Shown one piece after another: positions 27,308-38,469 of a DNA stretch of 64,000 nucleotides. Position numbers and translations under genes: made by a program. The DNA is taken from positions 6,849 to 70,848 of the forward strand of contig DSCM01000133.1 in the NCBI GenBank assembly GCA_011049115.1, in the 5' to 3' direction. Position 1 is the stretch's first letter. Each line of letters begins with the position of its first letter. The notes beneath the pieces are model-generated. The model made no database searches, was not told the origin of the DNA, and saw only the letters and a list, made by a program, of their open reading frames with translations. The DNA is from Pseudomonadota bacterium (GTDB taxonomy: Bacteria > Desulfobacterota > Anaeroferrophillalia > Anaeroferrophillales > Tharpellaceae).

Positions 27308-29446
27308 CTAACTGATCCGCACCACCTGATAAACCCCCTTCACGGCCCGCAGCGCCTGCTTGACCTTTTTGAGATGTTCCAGATCCCTGACCTTGACCTC
27401 AAAAAGACAAATGGCCTTCTGATCGATACTGGTTTTCAGAGAACCGCTGGCGATATTGGCCTCCTGACTACTGATCGCGGTTCCCAGAGCCACCAGCATG
27501 CCCTTGAGGTCCTCACACATGATTCGAATCTTGACTGAATGATAAGAAGCGCGCTCCAGATTCCAGTCAACCTCCATGTAGCGCTCCGAATCACCCTGAT
27601 GCACATGCCGGCAATTGCGCCGATGAATGGTCAGGCCTCGCCCTCGCGTAATAAAACCAACCACGTCATCACCCGGCAGAGGATTGCAGCATTTGGCAAA
27701 ACGCACCATCACATCATCGATATCCTTGATGGAGATTCCATCGCGAACGTTTTTCTTGGCGTTCTCCGTCTCTACTTTTTTGCTTTTAGGCTCAGGCTTG
27801 TCGCGCAAATCCGGAAAGATCCGATTCGCCACCTGTTTTGCCGAAATCTTACCGCGCCCCACCGCCGCCAGCAGTCCCTCGGCATGCCCCAGAGAGAACT
27901 CCGTGGCCACAGCCTGCATTCTGCCGCTCTTTAAAGCCTGATTCAAGGACAACTTGTCGCGGGAGAAGGCTTTTTCACAAAGTTCTCGACCCAGTTCTAT
28001 ACTGCGCCTCTCCTCCTCCTTTTTAACCCATTGTTTAATCTTGGCCCGCGCCTTGCCGGTTTTGGCAAAAGCCAGCCAATCCTTACTGGGATGCTGGCGC
28101 TTGGAGGTGACAATCTCGACCATCTCGCCATTTTTCAGCTGATAGCGCAAAGGGACAAGCTTGCCGTTAACCTTGGCGCCGCTGCATTGATCGCCAAGAT
28201 TACTGTGGATACTATAGGCCAGATCAATCGGAGTTGAACCGCTCGGCAGCTCCTTGACCTCCCCGGCGGGAGTGAACACATAAACAGCCTCGGAAAAAAG
28301 ATCAATCTTAACCGAATCAAGAAACTCTCCGGGATTATTAACATCCTGCTGCCACTCAATCATCTGTCGCAGCCAATCCATCTGTTTACGATCCTGATCC
28401 TCAAGCTGGTAGCCTTCTTTATAATGCCAGTGCGCGGCGATTCCCATTTCCGCGATCTGATGCATTTCATGCGTCCGAATCTGAAATTCGACATGGCGTC
28501 CTTCGGGACCGATTACCGTAGTATGAAGAGACTGGTACATATTGGCCTTGGGCATACTGATAAAATCTTTAAAGCGGCTCGGCACCGGCCGCCAGAGAGA
28601 ATGAATAATGCCCAGAACATTATAACATTCCGCCTTATCGTCAACCAGGACCCGAAAAGCAATGGTATCGTAAATCTGCTCAAAAGCAATATTACGCTGC
28701 ACCATTTTTCGATAAATACCGAACAGGTGTTTAAGCCGACCCGAAACCTGGTTCTGAACCCCATGATAATCCAGGTTACGCTGCAGCAACTTAATCACCC
28801 GATCGATAAAATCCCTGCTTTCCAGCTCCTTACGGGCGACCTTTTCCTCGAGTTCGCGATAGATTTCCGGCTGCAGATAACGCAGCGAGAGATCTTCAAG
28901 CTCCAGCTTCATCCAGGAAATTCCCAGGCGATTGGCCAGCGGCGCATAGATATCGAGAGTTTCCTGAGCGATAACCTCCTGTCGGGCCGGTTTCTGAAAT
29001 TCGAGGGTCCGCATATTATGAATACGGTCAACCAGCTTAATAATCAGCACCCGGATATCCTTGACCATGGCAAGGATCATCTTCCGATAGTTCTCGGCCT
29101 GGTGCTCACGGGAACTTTTAAATTTAATCTTGCTGATCTTGGTCAGGCCTTCAATCAGCGAGGTAATCTCGTCGCCGAAACGCAGGCTGAGTTCTTCAAC
29201 CGAGGTCAAGGGATCATCTTCGAGGGTGTCATGAAGCAGGCCGGCTGCGATACTGGCCACATCCATTTTCATATCGGCCAGTATGCTGGCGACCTCTATG
29301 GGATGAATCATATAGGGTTCACCGGAGAGGCGAAGCTGATTACGGTGGGCGTAGGCGCTGTATGCGTAAGCTTTGCGAATGGTATCGAAATCTGCCGCCG
29401 GATAATAGTCGGCTACCTTCTCAATAATATCATTCGCTCTGATCAT
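27308..29446 (-). CDS. relA: bifunctional (p)ppGpp synthetase/hydrolase (RelA/SpoT, Rel type)
   Basis: SGEPY..HP, intact LLHDTLED hydrolase motif, RFKD, YQSLHT, EFQIRT, TGS domain, CCNPLPGD, ACT domain. Confidence 0.93.
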   Translation of the reverse strand: MIRANDIIEKVADYYPAADFDTIRKAYAYSAYAHRNQLRLSGEPYMIHPIEVASILADMKMDVASIAAGLLHDTLEDDPLTSVEELSLRFGDEITSLIEGLTKISKIKFKSSREHQAENYRKMILAMVKDIRVLIIKLVDRIHNMRTLEFQKPARQEVIAQETLDIYAPLANRLGISWMKLELEDLSLRYLQPEIYRELEEKVARKELESRDFIDRVIKLLQRNLDYHGVQNQVSGRLKHLFGIYRKMVQRNIAFEQIYDTIAFRVLVDDKAECYNVLGIIHSLWRPVPSRFKDFISMPKANMYQSLHTTVIGPEGRHVEFQIRTHEMHQIAEMGIAAHWHYKEGYQLEDQDRKQMDWLRQMIEWQQDVNNPGEFLDSVKIDLFSEAVYVFTPAGEVKELPSGSTPIDLAYSIHSNLGDQCSGAKVNGKLVPLRYQLKNGEMVEIVTSKRQHPSKDWLAFAKTGKARAKIKQWVKKEEERRSIELGRELCEKAFSRDKLSLNQALKSGRMQAVATEFSLGHAEGLLAAVGRGKISAKQVANRIFPDLRDKPEPKSKKVETENAKKNVRDGISIKDIDDVMVRFAKCCNPLPGDDVVGFITRGRGLTIHRRNCRHVHQGDSERYMEVDWNLERASYHSVKIRIMCEDLKGMLVALGTAISSQEANIASGSLKTSIDQKAICLFEVKVRDLEHLKKVKQALRAVKGVYQVVRIS

Positions 29447-29482
29447 ACTGTCCGGCAAAAAGATTATTGATTATTACTACAG

Positions 29483-30511
29483 TTACGGGGAGGAAACCAG
29501 TCGGGCATCATTAAAGCCGGCAGCCCTGATCCGATCAAGAACCTTCGGCAAATCGTCTTGAGACCGAAGAGGGTCAAGCGCCAGGACGGTCTGCGGCAAC
29601 ATCAAATTTTCCTTGCGGACCTGGGGATTTAATCCGGCGTCATGATACATATTTTCCCAAGCCACCACACTGCTCTGCAGATAAAATGAACCGACGACCA
29701 CCAGATAGGTCCCTTTTTCCATTTCAAGAAAAGGGTTGTCTCCAAGCTTGCGGGCCGCCGCCATCATCCGGAGCGCCTGCTGCCGCTCGCCAAACGGGCC
29801 CAGATAAATTCTCGTCATCGGGGTCTGACATTTCCGCCTGAAGCTTCTCACTGTAAAACCGAGTTTTTCAAGCTCAGATCGGGCTTTATCCGCAGATTCT
29901 GGCAAAACATAACTGCCGGCTTCAATGACCTGGAGCGGCCGCTCCGGAACGCCATCGCCTGCCGGCAAAGAGACCGACGAAGGCGTGGTGGAGGCGGCCG
30001 GCGGCGCCGGTGGAGTCTTTGTCCCGGCCGCAACCTCGACCTTCGGCAACACCGGGCAACCGGCTTCGACAGGATCCTGATCCACGACAATTGGAACCGC
30101 GGAGTCAACCGTCATGACGCTTGCCAGCCCAGACCTGGCTTCCGAAACCGCCCCAACCCCGGTTTCCGTTTTTGGCGCCGCCGGCTCCAGCGCCGAGCTA
30201 GCTGGAAGGACAGGCGACTCGACTTCCGTTTGAGCCTTCAAATCAACCCGGGAATCGACCGGCACCGCAACCGACCCGTCAGGCCCAGGCATGGGCGAAG
30301 GCTTCACACCCTGATTTATTGTCGGCAGCGCGGCCAAGGCCATCTGCGGACTGCGAATCGGCTTTTTCGGCATTCGCACCGGAGAAAACGAAAGAAAATA
30401 ATAAAGGCCGATCAAGACAAAAAGAACCACCACGATTTCAAAACGCAGAAGATTCTCCAGCCAGTGGTCCAAACCTCTTGCGGCCTGTTGCTTTTTTTTA
30501 CTTTTTACCAT
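29483..30511 (-). CDS. membrane-anchored SPOR-domain protein
   Basis: N-terminal TM, Pro/Ala-rich linker, repeated AGSY/LGPF/VGSF SPOR-like units. Confidence 0.7.
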   Translation of the reverse strand: MVKSKKKQQAARGLDHWLENLLRFEIVVVLFVLIGLYYFLSFSPVRMPKKPIRSPQMALAALPTINQGVKPSPMPGPDGSVAVPVDSRVDLKAQTEVESPVLPASSALEPAAPKTETGVGAVSEARSGLASVMTVDSAVPIVVDQDPVEAGCPVLPKVEVAAGTKTPPAPPAASTTPSSVSLPAGDGVPERPLQVIEAGSYVLPESADKARSELEKLGFTVRSFRRKCQTPMTRIYLGPFGERQQALRMMAAARKLGDNPFLEMEKGTYLVVVGSFYLQSSVVAWENMYHDAGLNPQVRKENLMLPQTVLALDPLRSQDDLPKVLDRIRAAGFNDARLVSSP

Positions 30512-30523
30512 CTCGATTCACGA

Positions 30524-32611
30524 TCAGTGCTCTTCCTTAAGATGTTTGGCTTCCTCGACAATCTTAGCCGTCAGATGACTAGGCAGTTCTTCATAATGAG
30601 AGAATTCCATGGTGAACATCCCCCGCCCGCCGGTCATGGAACGCAGATCCGGGGCATATTTCAAAACCTCCGACATCGGCACCTGGGCTTTGATCAGCTG
30701 GCTGTTGGCCATGGGTTCCACCCCATTGACCTTACCCCGGCGGCTGTTCAGATCACCGATGATATCCCCCATGTATTCATTGGGAACATTGATCTCCATC
30801 AGCATGATAGGCTCCAGTAGAACCGGTTTGGCCTCGGCCACCCCTTTTTTAAAGGCCATAGACCCGGCGATCTTAAAGGCCATCTCCGAGGAATCAACCG
30901 TATGGTAGGATCCGTCATAAAGAGAAACCTTGACGTCAACCACCGGATAACCGGCCAGCACCCCTCCGGCCATAGCCTCCTGCACCCCTTTTTCAACCGC
31001 CGGAATATACTGCCGCGGGACCACGCCCCCGACGATATCGTTGGAAAACTCAAATCCTCCCCCTTTGGGCAAGGGTTCAATCTTAAGCCAGACATCGCCG
31101 AACTGTCCCCGACCACCGGACTGTTTTTTATGGCGACCCTGCAGCGAAACCGTGCCGCGAATGGTTTCCTTATAGGGAACCCTGGGAGCATCCAGTTCCA
31201 CGTCAACCCCGAATTTACGCTTGATGCGGTCAACCGTCACCTCAATGTGAACCTGACCCATTCCGGAGATTACGAGCTCTTTCGTCTGGTCGTTACGTTC
31301 GAGATGAATCGTGGGGTCCTCAGCCATCAGCCGTTGCAGGGCGCTGCCCAGTTTTCCTTCATCGCCCTTACTTTTCGGCCGTAGGGAAAAAGAAATCACT
31401 GGGGCCGGGAGGGCCAGTCCTTTCAGGCGCAGCGGGAATTTTTCGCTGCACAAGGTATCCCAGGTTGAAGTTTCCTTCAATTTGGCCACCGCGACGATAT
31501 CACCGGGAATACATTTTTCGATCGGAACCTGTTTATTGCCCTCAAGTTTAAGCAGCTGTCCAATACGTTCCCGACGATCATGCGTACTGTTGAGACAGCT
31601 CGAATCGGACGCCAGGGTTCCACTGTAAACCCTGAAAACAGACAACTGCCCGGTAAAGGGATCGACGATGGTTTTAAAAACCAGGGCGACGAAAGGAGCC
31701 TCAGGACTCGGCACCAGATCCTCGGCGGATCCGCTGACCAGATTCTCCGCGATCTGGGTCGGCCGTTCCAGAGGAGAAGGCAGACAGCTGCAAATCAAAT
31801 CCAGCAGCGGCTGGACACCGATATTCTTCATCGCCGAGCCACAGACCACCGGAACGAATTTACCCGTCATGGCACCTTCGTGAGTTGCTCGACGGATATC
31901 TTCTTCTTTTATTTCTTCCCCTCCGAGATATTTTTCCATAAGCTCATCATCGGCTTCAACGGCCCGTTCTATCATCTCTTCACGCGCCGCTTCGGCCGAT
32001 TGCCGAAGATGCTCAGGGATTTCCTCAACCGTATATTTACCGCTTTGATCGTTACTGTAACGCAAAGCCTTCATGGTAACCAGATCAACCACGCCGACAA
32101 ATTCTTCTTCCTTGCCGAGAGGCAGCTGCAGAACCAAAGGGTGGCATTTGAAAACCGCTTCCATTTCGCCCACGGCCCGAGCAAAATCGGCCCGCTCACG
32201 ATCCAGCTTATTGATAAAAACCACGCGTGGAACCTCAAATTCGTCCGCGTATTTCCACACCGCCTCAGTCTGCACCTTGACTCCGGAAATCGCGCTGACA
32301 ATCACCACCGCCCCGCCTGAGATTCTCAGGCAAGCCTTGGTATCGACGATAAAATTGGCATAACCGGGCGTATCGATAACATTGACATGGCAACGCTGCC
32401 AATCCAGATGATGAACGGCGCTGCTCAGGGTTATTTTCCGTTTTATTTCCTCCGGTTCGGAATCAAGCACCGACGTACCATTATCAACACTCCCCAGACG
32501 AGCCGTGCTGCCACTGTTAAACAGCATGGCCTCAGCCAAAGAGGTCTTACCGGCACCACCATGAGCGATAATTGCGACATTCCTCAAATTTTCACTTGTA
32601 TATGGCTTCAT
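30524..32611 (-). CDS. fusA: elongation factor G paralog (EF-G2 type)
   Basis: AHGGAGKTSL, IDTPGY, NKLDR, GMGQVH, HKKQSGGRGQFG, DGSYHTVDSSEMAF; not in an rpsL-rpsG operon. Confidence 0.9.
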   Translation of the reverse strand: MKPYTSENLRNVAIIAHGGAGKTSLAEAMLFNSGSTARLGSVDNGTSVLDSEPEEIKRKITLSSAVHHLDWQRCHVNVIDTPGYANFIVDTKACLRISGGAVVIVSAISGVKVQTEAVWKYADEFEVPRVVFINKLDRERADFARAVGEMEAVFKCHPLVLQLPLGKEEEFVGVVDLVTMKALRYSNDQSGKYTVEEIPEHLRQSAEAAREEMIERAVEADDELMEKYLGGEEIKEEDIRRATHEGAMTGKFVPVVCGSAMKNIGVQPLLDLICSCLPSPLERPTQIAENLVSGSAEDLVPSPEAPFVALVFKTIVDPFTGQLSVFRVYSGTLASDSSCLNSTHDRRERIGQLLKLEGNKQVPIEKCIPGDIVAVAKLKETSTWDTLCSEKFPLRLKGLALPAPVISFSLRPKSKGDEGKLGSALQRLMAEDPTIHLERNDQTKELVISGMGQVHIEVTVDRIKRKFGVDVELDAPRVPYKETIRGTVSLQGRHKKQSGGRGQFGDVWLKIEPLPKGGGFEFSNDIVGGVVPRQYIPAVEKGVQEAMAGGVLAGYPVVDVKVSLYDGSYHTVDSSEMAFKIAGSMAFKKGVAEAKPVLLEPIMLMEINVPNEYMGDIIGDLNSRRGKVNGVEPMANSQLIKAQVPMSEVLKYAPDLRSMTGGRGMFTMEFSHYEELPSHLTAKIVEEAKHLKEEH

Positions 32612-33080
32612 TGCTCTATTCCTTGCCTGCAATCTAATTGAAGTTAACAGATAAAAAGAGCTTGCCCCATGTTCCCGAGAGTCCAAGACCTCGAAAGCAA
32701 AGGCCTGAAAGATGCAAATCCCTACTGTAAATCACCACTCATTGTCAAGCCTTTAGTAAATCTCCGTACTCCCAAGTCGACAAATCACCCAAAGCCCTGT
32801 AAAAGTCTTCAAGGGATGATCGCTTACGAATGCGGGTTCGGGCCCCGCATTCCGCAACCGGCGAGATTGTTTTTCAAACCGATAACAATTTGCTAAAGGT
32901 TCTAAGGCTCAGCGTGAAAAACAAAAAAGATCCGTTTTGCAGCCAATCCGCTTGTAATCAGGCCTGAAATATTGTAATGAACCTCTACGAAGGTAAAAGA
33001 ATTTTCCGAAGCCTCCTGACAAGCTCAAACAGCTATTTATTTCCCACAATTTTCACGAAGGCAAGTTTGGAGAACCAACC

Positions 33081-33377
33081 ATGAAAGTCAACCAGCAAGA
33101 TGACCAGGTCACAATCTTACTGTCCGGCGACTTGACCAGTGAAACCCTGAATGATCTCAGGGCAATCCTGCGCGAGAAGATAGACGCCGGCAATCGCTCC
33201 TTTAACATTGACTTTAAAAACACGCTGATCATCGATTCGATGGGGATCGGCTGTCTGGTGGCCACCTATAATACCCTCAAAATAAATGGCGGCTCATTGC
33301 AGTTAAGCAATGTCAGCGAAAATCTTAGAGAGATTTTCCAGATCATGCGTCTCGACCGTATTTTGACCATTGTCTGA
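33081..33377 (+). CDS. STAS-domain anti-sigma-factor antagonist
   Basis: LSGDL, IDF...IIDSMGIG (phospho-Ser motif), GGSLQLSN, IFQIMRLD. Confidence 0.85.
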   Translation: MKVNQQDDQVTILLSGDLTSETLNDLRAILREKIDAGNRSFNIDFKNTLIIDSMGIGCLVATYNTLKINGGSLQLSNVSENLREIFQIMRLDRILTIV

Positions 33378-33424
33378 GACCGGCCAGAAGCCCGGAGCCC
33401 CATTAACCGACGTTGAGGAACCCC

Positions 33425-36400
33425 ATGTCAATTTCAAATTTTATCGACGATGAAACCTTACAGGAATATATCAGCGAAAGCCTTGAACATCTTGCCGATA
33501 TCGAACAAGATCTTCTGACCCTTGAAGAAGGCGGTGCCGATATCGATGAAGAGGTTGTCAACCGGGTTTTCCGGGCGGCTCATTCCCTGAAAGGCGGCGC
33601 TGGTTTCCTGGCTCTGGAGACCATCAAGGAACTGGCGCATAAGATTGAGAACGTTCTCGACATGATGCGTAACCGGGAGATCGTCCCAAATCCGGAAACC
33701 ATCAACATCCTGCTGAATGCATTTGATAAACTGCGTGATCTGATTAACAATTCGACCACCAGCAACGAGGAAAACGTCGATGCATTCATCGCGGCTCTGA
33801 TCAACCTGACGACGGAGCATCTGGCTCCGGGTCAACAACAAAGCCTCTCCAACCTGATCCCGATCCGCAAGAGCGACGGCACGCTGATCTTTGAAGTTCC
33901 CGAAATCGACCTGGCTCAGGCGAAAAAAAATGCCCAGACCCTTTATCTGCTGGAATACGACCTGATTCACGATGTTTACCAGCATGGCAAAACCCCGATG
34001 GAAATCATCAAAAACGCCATGAACCTGGGCACCATCATCGAAAGCCTGATCGACATCGAACAGGTCGGAACCCTTGACGACGCTCCCATCAATAGCATTC
34101 CTTTTTACATGCTCATCAGTACAATCATCGAACCGGTGGTCGCGCCGGACTTCCTCGAGCTGCCTGAAAACAAGGTTCTTCTGATCGGCAATGACGGCAT
34201 GGAAATTAAACCCAGCCTCAAGATACCGACAGAGAAACCAGGCCCACCAAGCGCAGCCCAAGCCAGCCCTCTGACGTCGACGGCAACGCCAAAACTTCCC
34301 ACAGCGCCTCCGGCGCCATCCCGCGGCACGCTGACCGAACCCCCTGCGCCGGCAAATGCGGTCCGGCGCAGCGAACCTGATGCGATCTCAAAAGTGCCCC
34401 CTGCGTCCGAAAATTCTCGGGAAAACGCCGCTCAGACTAAGAATGAAACCACTTCAAGTCTGCGGGTCAATGTGGCCCTTCTCGAAAGCCTTATGACCCT
34501 GGCCGGCGAAATGGTGCTCTCCCGCAACCAGTTACTTCAGGCCATCAATCAGCAGGATCAGCACGGAATCAAACTTTCCGGGCAGCGCATCAATCTGGTC
34601 ACTTCCGAACTGCAGGAAGCCATCATGATGACCCGCATGCAGCCGATCGGCAGTATTCTCAACAAATTCCCACGCGTGGTCCGTGATATCGCCCAGAAAC
34701 TCGGCAAAGAGATCAACCTGTTAATCACCGGCAAAGAGGTTGAACTCGACAAAACCATTGTCGAAGGGCTTAATGATCCCTTAACCCACCTGATCAGGAA
34801 CTCAGCTGACCATGGCATTGAAAAACCGGAAGTCCGAGCCGCCCTCGGCAAACCCAGAGCCGGCAGGATTGAACTGAAAGCCTATCATGAGGCCGGCCAG
34901 GTCAATCTTGAAATTACCGATGACGGCAGCGGGCTCGATGCGGAAAAGATTGCCAACAAGGCCCTCGAAAAAGGAATGATTACGCCCGAGCAGCATAAAT
35001 CGATGTCCCGCAAAGAGAAGATGTCTCTGATTCTGCTTCCAAGCCTTTCCACCGCCGAGAAAATAACCGATGTTTCCGGACGCGGGGTCGGCATGGATGT
35101 CGTTAAATCAAACATCAGTCAACTGGGCGGACAGATTGAGATTGACTCGGAACCAGGCCGGAGCACAACCATCCGGATTAAGCTGCCGTTGACGCTGGCT
35201 ATTATCCCGAGCCTGTTGGTTACCGTTGGCCATGAACGCTTTGCCGTACCTCAGGTCAATGTCAGCGAGTTAGTCCGCATCGGAGCCGCCCAGGTGAAGG
35301 AGAGAATCGAAAGAGTCGGCGATTCAGAGGTCATGCCTTTGCGCGGGGAACTGATTCCGTTGATCCGTCTGGCCGCTGTGCTCGGTATCGAATCCCGAAT
35401 ACTTAACCCGGTCACGGCAGAAGAAATCACCGATCGCAGAAAACTTATCGCCGACCGGCGTTCGAAGGCCAGCTCCCTGGAGGGGGAAACCATACATCCC
35501 GGACCCAAAGACCAACCTCATATGCGCTCCGGTCAGGACCGTCGCTACAGGGCCGGAAGCGATCTCAACATTGTCGTGGTCTCCGCCGGTTCCTTTAAAT
35601 ACGGTCTGGTGGTTGATGAGCTGCACGACTCTATCGAAATCGTCGTCAAACCTCTCGACCGCCACCTCAAGCACCTGACCAGCTACGCCGGCGCCACCAT
35701 CATGGGAGACGGCCGCGTGGCTTTGATTCTTGATGTCGCCGGTATCGCCAGAATGGCGGAGCTGACTTCCATGGCCGGCAGCCAGCGGGCTCAGGAATTG
35801 GCCGAAAACGCCCAGGGCAGCCACGACAAGGATCGCCAGGCCTTACTGCTCTTTGGCAACGGGCCCGAAGAACCCTGCGCGGTTCCGCTCGACATCGTGG
35901 AAAGGGTTGAACAAATCGACTTCAAAGACATCGAAATCAAGAGCGGCCAGAAGGTCATCAAGTATCGCGGGGGCAGTCTCCCGCTCTTCACCTTAAATGA
36001 TGTCGCAAAAGTCAAGCAGCTTGATGCCGAAATGGATCTGGTGGTAATTGTCTTTACCGTCGCCGAACGTGAAATCGGCCTGCTGGCGTCGCAACCGGTG
36101 GATACGGTTGAAATCCGGGCGGCCATCGACCACGATACCCTGCGGGCCACGGGAATCATGGGCTCGGCCATCATCAAGGAGCAGGCCACGCTGATCATCG
36201 ATATTTACGAGCTGGTCGAAACCCTGAAGCCGGACTGGTTCAAACGGCTGCTGAAAAAAGAAAAACGCCATCAGGAAGTTCGGCGACAGGCTGAATCCGG
36301 GCACCAATCAAAATCCGCCCCCGCTATAAAACGAATTTTACTGGTTGAAGATTCTGATTTCTTTCGTTCACAGTTACAGAAATATATCGAGGATGAAGAG

Positions 36401-36691
36401 CGCCAGTGCGTCACGGCCGCCGATGGTTTGATCGCCTGGAACTGGCTTCAGGCAAATCCGGAAGAGGTCTCACTGATCATCACCGACATAGAAATGCCCA
36501 ATATGGATGGATTTGAGCTCTGTCGACGCATCCGCGATGATAGTCGTTTTGACCACCTCAAGATTATCGCGGTCACCTCCCTGGCGGCGGACGAACATCA
36601 GGCCAGAGGCAAAGAGGTCGGCATAGATGACTACCAGATCAAGCTGGACAAGGAAAAACTACTGGCCAGCATTGACGAAAACATCCTCTAA
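33425..36691 (+). CDS. cheA: hybrid chemotaxis kinase CheA (Hpt, HATPase, two CheW domains, C-terminal receiver)
   Basis: FRAAHSLKGG, HLIRNSADHGIE, DDGSG, SGRGVGMDVV, GATIMGDG, LVEDS..TDIEMPNMDG. Confidence 0.93.
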   Translation: MSISNFIDDETLQEYISESLEHLADIEQDLLTLEEGGADIDEEVVNRVFRAAHSLKGGAGFLALETIKELAHKIENVLDMMRNREIVPNPETINILLNAFDKLRDLINNSTTSNEENVDAFIAALINLTTEHLAPGQQQSLSNLIPIRKSDGTLIFEVPEIDLAQAKKNAQTLYLLEYDLIHDVYQHGKTPMEIIKNAMNLGTIIESLIDIEQVGTLDDAPINSIPFYMLISTIIEPVVAPDFLELPENKVLLIGNDGMEIKPSLKIPTEKPGPPSAAQASPLTSTATPKLPTAPPAPSRGTLTEPPAPANAVRRSEPDAISKVPPASENSRENAAQTKNETTSSLRVNVALLESLMTLAGEMVLSRNQLLQAINQQDQHGIKLSGQRINLVTSELQEAIMMTRMQPIGSILNKFPRVVRDIAQKLGKEINLLITGKEVELDKTIVEGLNDPLTHLIRNSADHGIEKPEVRAALGKPRAGRIELKAYHEAGQVNLEITDDGSGLDAEKIANKALEKGMITPEQHKSMSRKEKMSLILLPSLSTAEKITDVSGRGVGMDVVKSNISQLGGQIEIDSEPGRSTTIRIKLPLTLAIIPSLLVTVGHERFAVPQVNVSELVRIGAAQVKERIERVGDSEVMPLRGELIPLIRLAAVLGIESRILNPVTAEEITDRRKLIADRRSKASSLEGETIHPGPKDQPHMRSGQDRRYRAGSDLNIVVVSAGSFKYGLVVDELHDSIEIVVKPLDRHLKHLTSYAGATIMGDGRVALILDVAGIARMAELTSMAGSQRAQELAENAQGSHDKDRQALLLFGNGPEEPCAVPLDIVERVEQIDFKDIEIKSGQKVIKYRGGSLPLFTLNDVAKVKQLDAEMDLVVIVFTVAEREIGLLASQPVDTVEIRAAIDHDTLRATGIMGSAIIKEQATLIIDIYELVETLKPDWFKRLLKKEKRHQEVRRQAESGHQSKSAPAIKRILLVEDSDFFRSQLQKYIEDEERQCVTAADGLIAWNWLQANPEEVSLIITDIEMPNMDGFELCRRIRDDSRFDHLKIIAVTSLAADEHQARGKEVGIDDYQIKLDKEKLLASIDENIL

Positions 36692-36771
36692 AACAAAGCC
36701 GAGTCCCGCAAACCCAGAGGCGCGACCTTTTGCGACCTGCATCCCTAGACTGAATCCGGAGAACCCTGAAA

Positions 36772-37218
36772 ATGGCTGATACAACCCTGCAATTATGTTC
36801 CTTTCAACTAGCCGATGCGCTTTTTGGGCTCGATACTATGCTGGTCCAGGAAATCATTAAGGTTCCGGAGATCACCCGGGTTTACAAAGCGCCCGAAGAG
36901 ATTACCGGAATTATCAACCTGCGCGGTAAAATCGTCACCATCGTCGATCTCGCCATCAAGCTCAATCTGCCTACGAAAATGGAAACCGCCGGCCGCCGCA
37001 TTATTATCGTCGAATTCCAGAATGAACCCTTCGGCCTGATGGTTGATCGAATCAATGACGTCATCCATATCGACAGAGAAGCCTTGGGGCCGGCACCGGC
37101 CAACGTCCGCAGCCATCAGGGAAGATTTATCACCGGGGTCTTTCGCGACGATGAACAGCTGATCGCGATTCTCGACCTCGAAGGAATCGTCAACCAGGCC
37201 GAAAAGAAACTTGACTAG
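36772..37218 (+). CDS. cheW: chemotaxis coupling protein CheW
   Basis: VQEII, GIINLRGKIVTIVDL, GLMVDRI.DV. Confidence 0.92.
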   Translation: MADTTLQLCSFQLADALFGLDTMLVQEIIKVPEITRVYKAPEEITGIINLRGKIVTIVDLAIKLNLPTKMETAGRRIIIVEFQNEPFGLMVDRINDVIHIDREALGPAPANVRSHQGRFITGVFRDDEQLIAILDLEGIVNQAEKKLD

Positions 37219-37249
37219 CACCCACTGAAAAACCAGGTATGGAGACAAA

Positions 37250-38368
37250 ATGCCCATCAAGGTTCTCATCGTCGATGACACCATTCTTTACCGCAAGGTT
37301 ATTGGAGACATCCTTAAGAACGAAGCAGATATTGAAGTGATTGGTACGGCCAACAACGGCAAAACCGCAATTTCCCGAATCGAAAGTCTAAAGCCTGACC
37401 TGCTGACCCTCGACATTGAGATGCCGGTCTGCAACGGGCTTGAAGTTCTAGAATATCTGCGTGAACATCGCCTTTCCACCGGCGTCATCATGCTCAGCAG
37501 CCTGACTCGCAAAGGCGGGGAGCTGACCATGAAATCCCTGGAGCTCGGAGCTTTTGACTTCATTCCCAAACCTGAAGGCAGCAGTCTGGCCGAAAACCAG
37601 GCTTTCATCAAGGAAAACCTGCCTCCCAAAATCAAGGCCTACGCCCGCCGCCAGGCTTTCAGAAAAAGCCTGAACCGAACGCCGCAACCGGATCGGGGAA
37701 AAGATGAAACTCCGACAACCATGCCCGAAACCAGCCGGCAGCCATGGCCGCAAAAGACCGCTCCCCTCCCCCCACGGCGCCTTTTGCCATCAAGCATTAT
37801 CGCGATCGGCATCTCTACCGGAGGCCCTAACGCTTTAACCCGAATGCTGCCGATGCTGACCGCCCCGATCGGGGCTCCGATCGTCATCGTGCAACACATG
37901 CCGCCCCTTTTCACGAAGTCTCTGGCTGCCAGCCTTGACCACAAATGCTCGCTTCAGGTCAAGGAAGGTGAAGATGGAGAAACCCTGAAAAATGATGTCG
38001 TCTACATAGCCCCGGGCGGCAAGCAGATGAAAATCGTAGCCGATGCCAGCGGCCCCCACGGAAAAATCCGGCTCACCGACGATGCGCCGGAAAACAACTG
38101 CAAGCCTTCGGCCGACTACCTCTTTCGTTCCGTCGCCAGCCTTTATCGGGAACGGGTCACCGGCGTAATCATGACCGGCATGGGCAGTGACGGCTGTAAC
38201 GGGTTACGTCTGATCAAACGACATGGAGCCCCGGTAATCGCTCAGGACGAGGAAAGCTGCGTGGTTTATGGAATGCCGAGGGAAGCGGTCAACGCCGGGA
38301 TTGTCGACATTTCTCTGCCGCTTGACCTCATCGCCGCCGAAATCATGAAAACCCTCAGCAAACCTTGA
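37250..38368 (+). CDS. cheB: chemotaxis methylesterase CheB
   Basis: Receiver domain TLDIEMP; catalytic GISTGGP, QHMP, MTGMGSDG. Confidence 0.94.
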   Translation: MPIKVLIVDDTILYRKVIGDILKNEADIEVIGTANNGKTAISRIESLKPDLLTLDIEMPVCNGLEVLEYLREHRLSTGVIMLSSLTRKGGELTMKSLELGAFDFIPKPEGSSLAENQAFIKENLPPKIKAYARRQAFRKSLNRTPQPDRGKDETPTTMPETSRQPWPQKTAPLPPRRLLPSSIIAIGISTGGPNALTRMLPMLTAPIGAPIVIVQHMPPLFTKSLAASLDHKCSLQVKEGEDGETLKNDVVYIAPGGKQMKIVADASGPHGKIRLTDDAPENNCKPSADYLFRSVASLYRERVTGVIMTGMGSDGCNGLRLIKRHGAPVIAQDEESCVVYGMPREAVNAGIVDISLPLDLIAAEIMKTLSKP

Positions 38369-38469
38369 TGCCCCCAGATAAATTAATAAAGCAGGAAAAA
38401 CATCATCAATTTCAGACGGCTTACAGTCCCAGATAGTCATTACAAAAAACCGGGAAAACCATAACCGAC

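Noticed and set aside
32850..32910. sigma28 promoter for the che cluster
   Set aside because: CCGATAA is present at 32879-32885 but no TAAA lies at the proper spacing.
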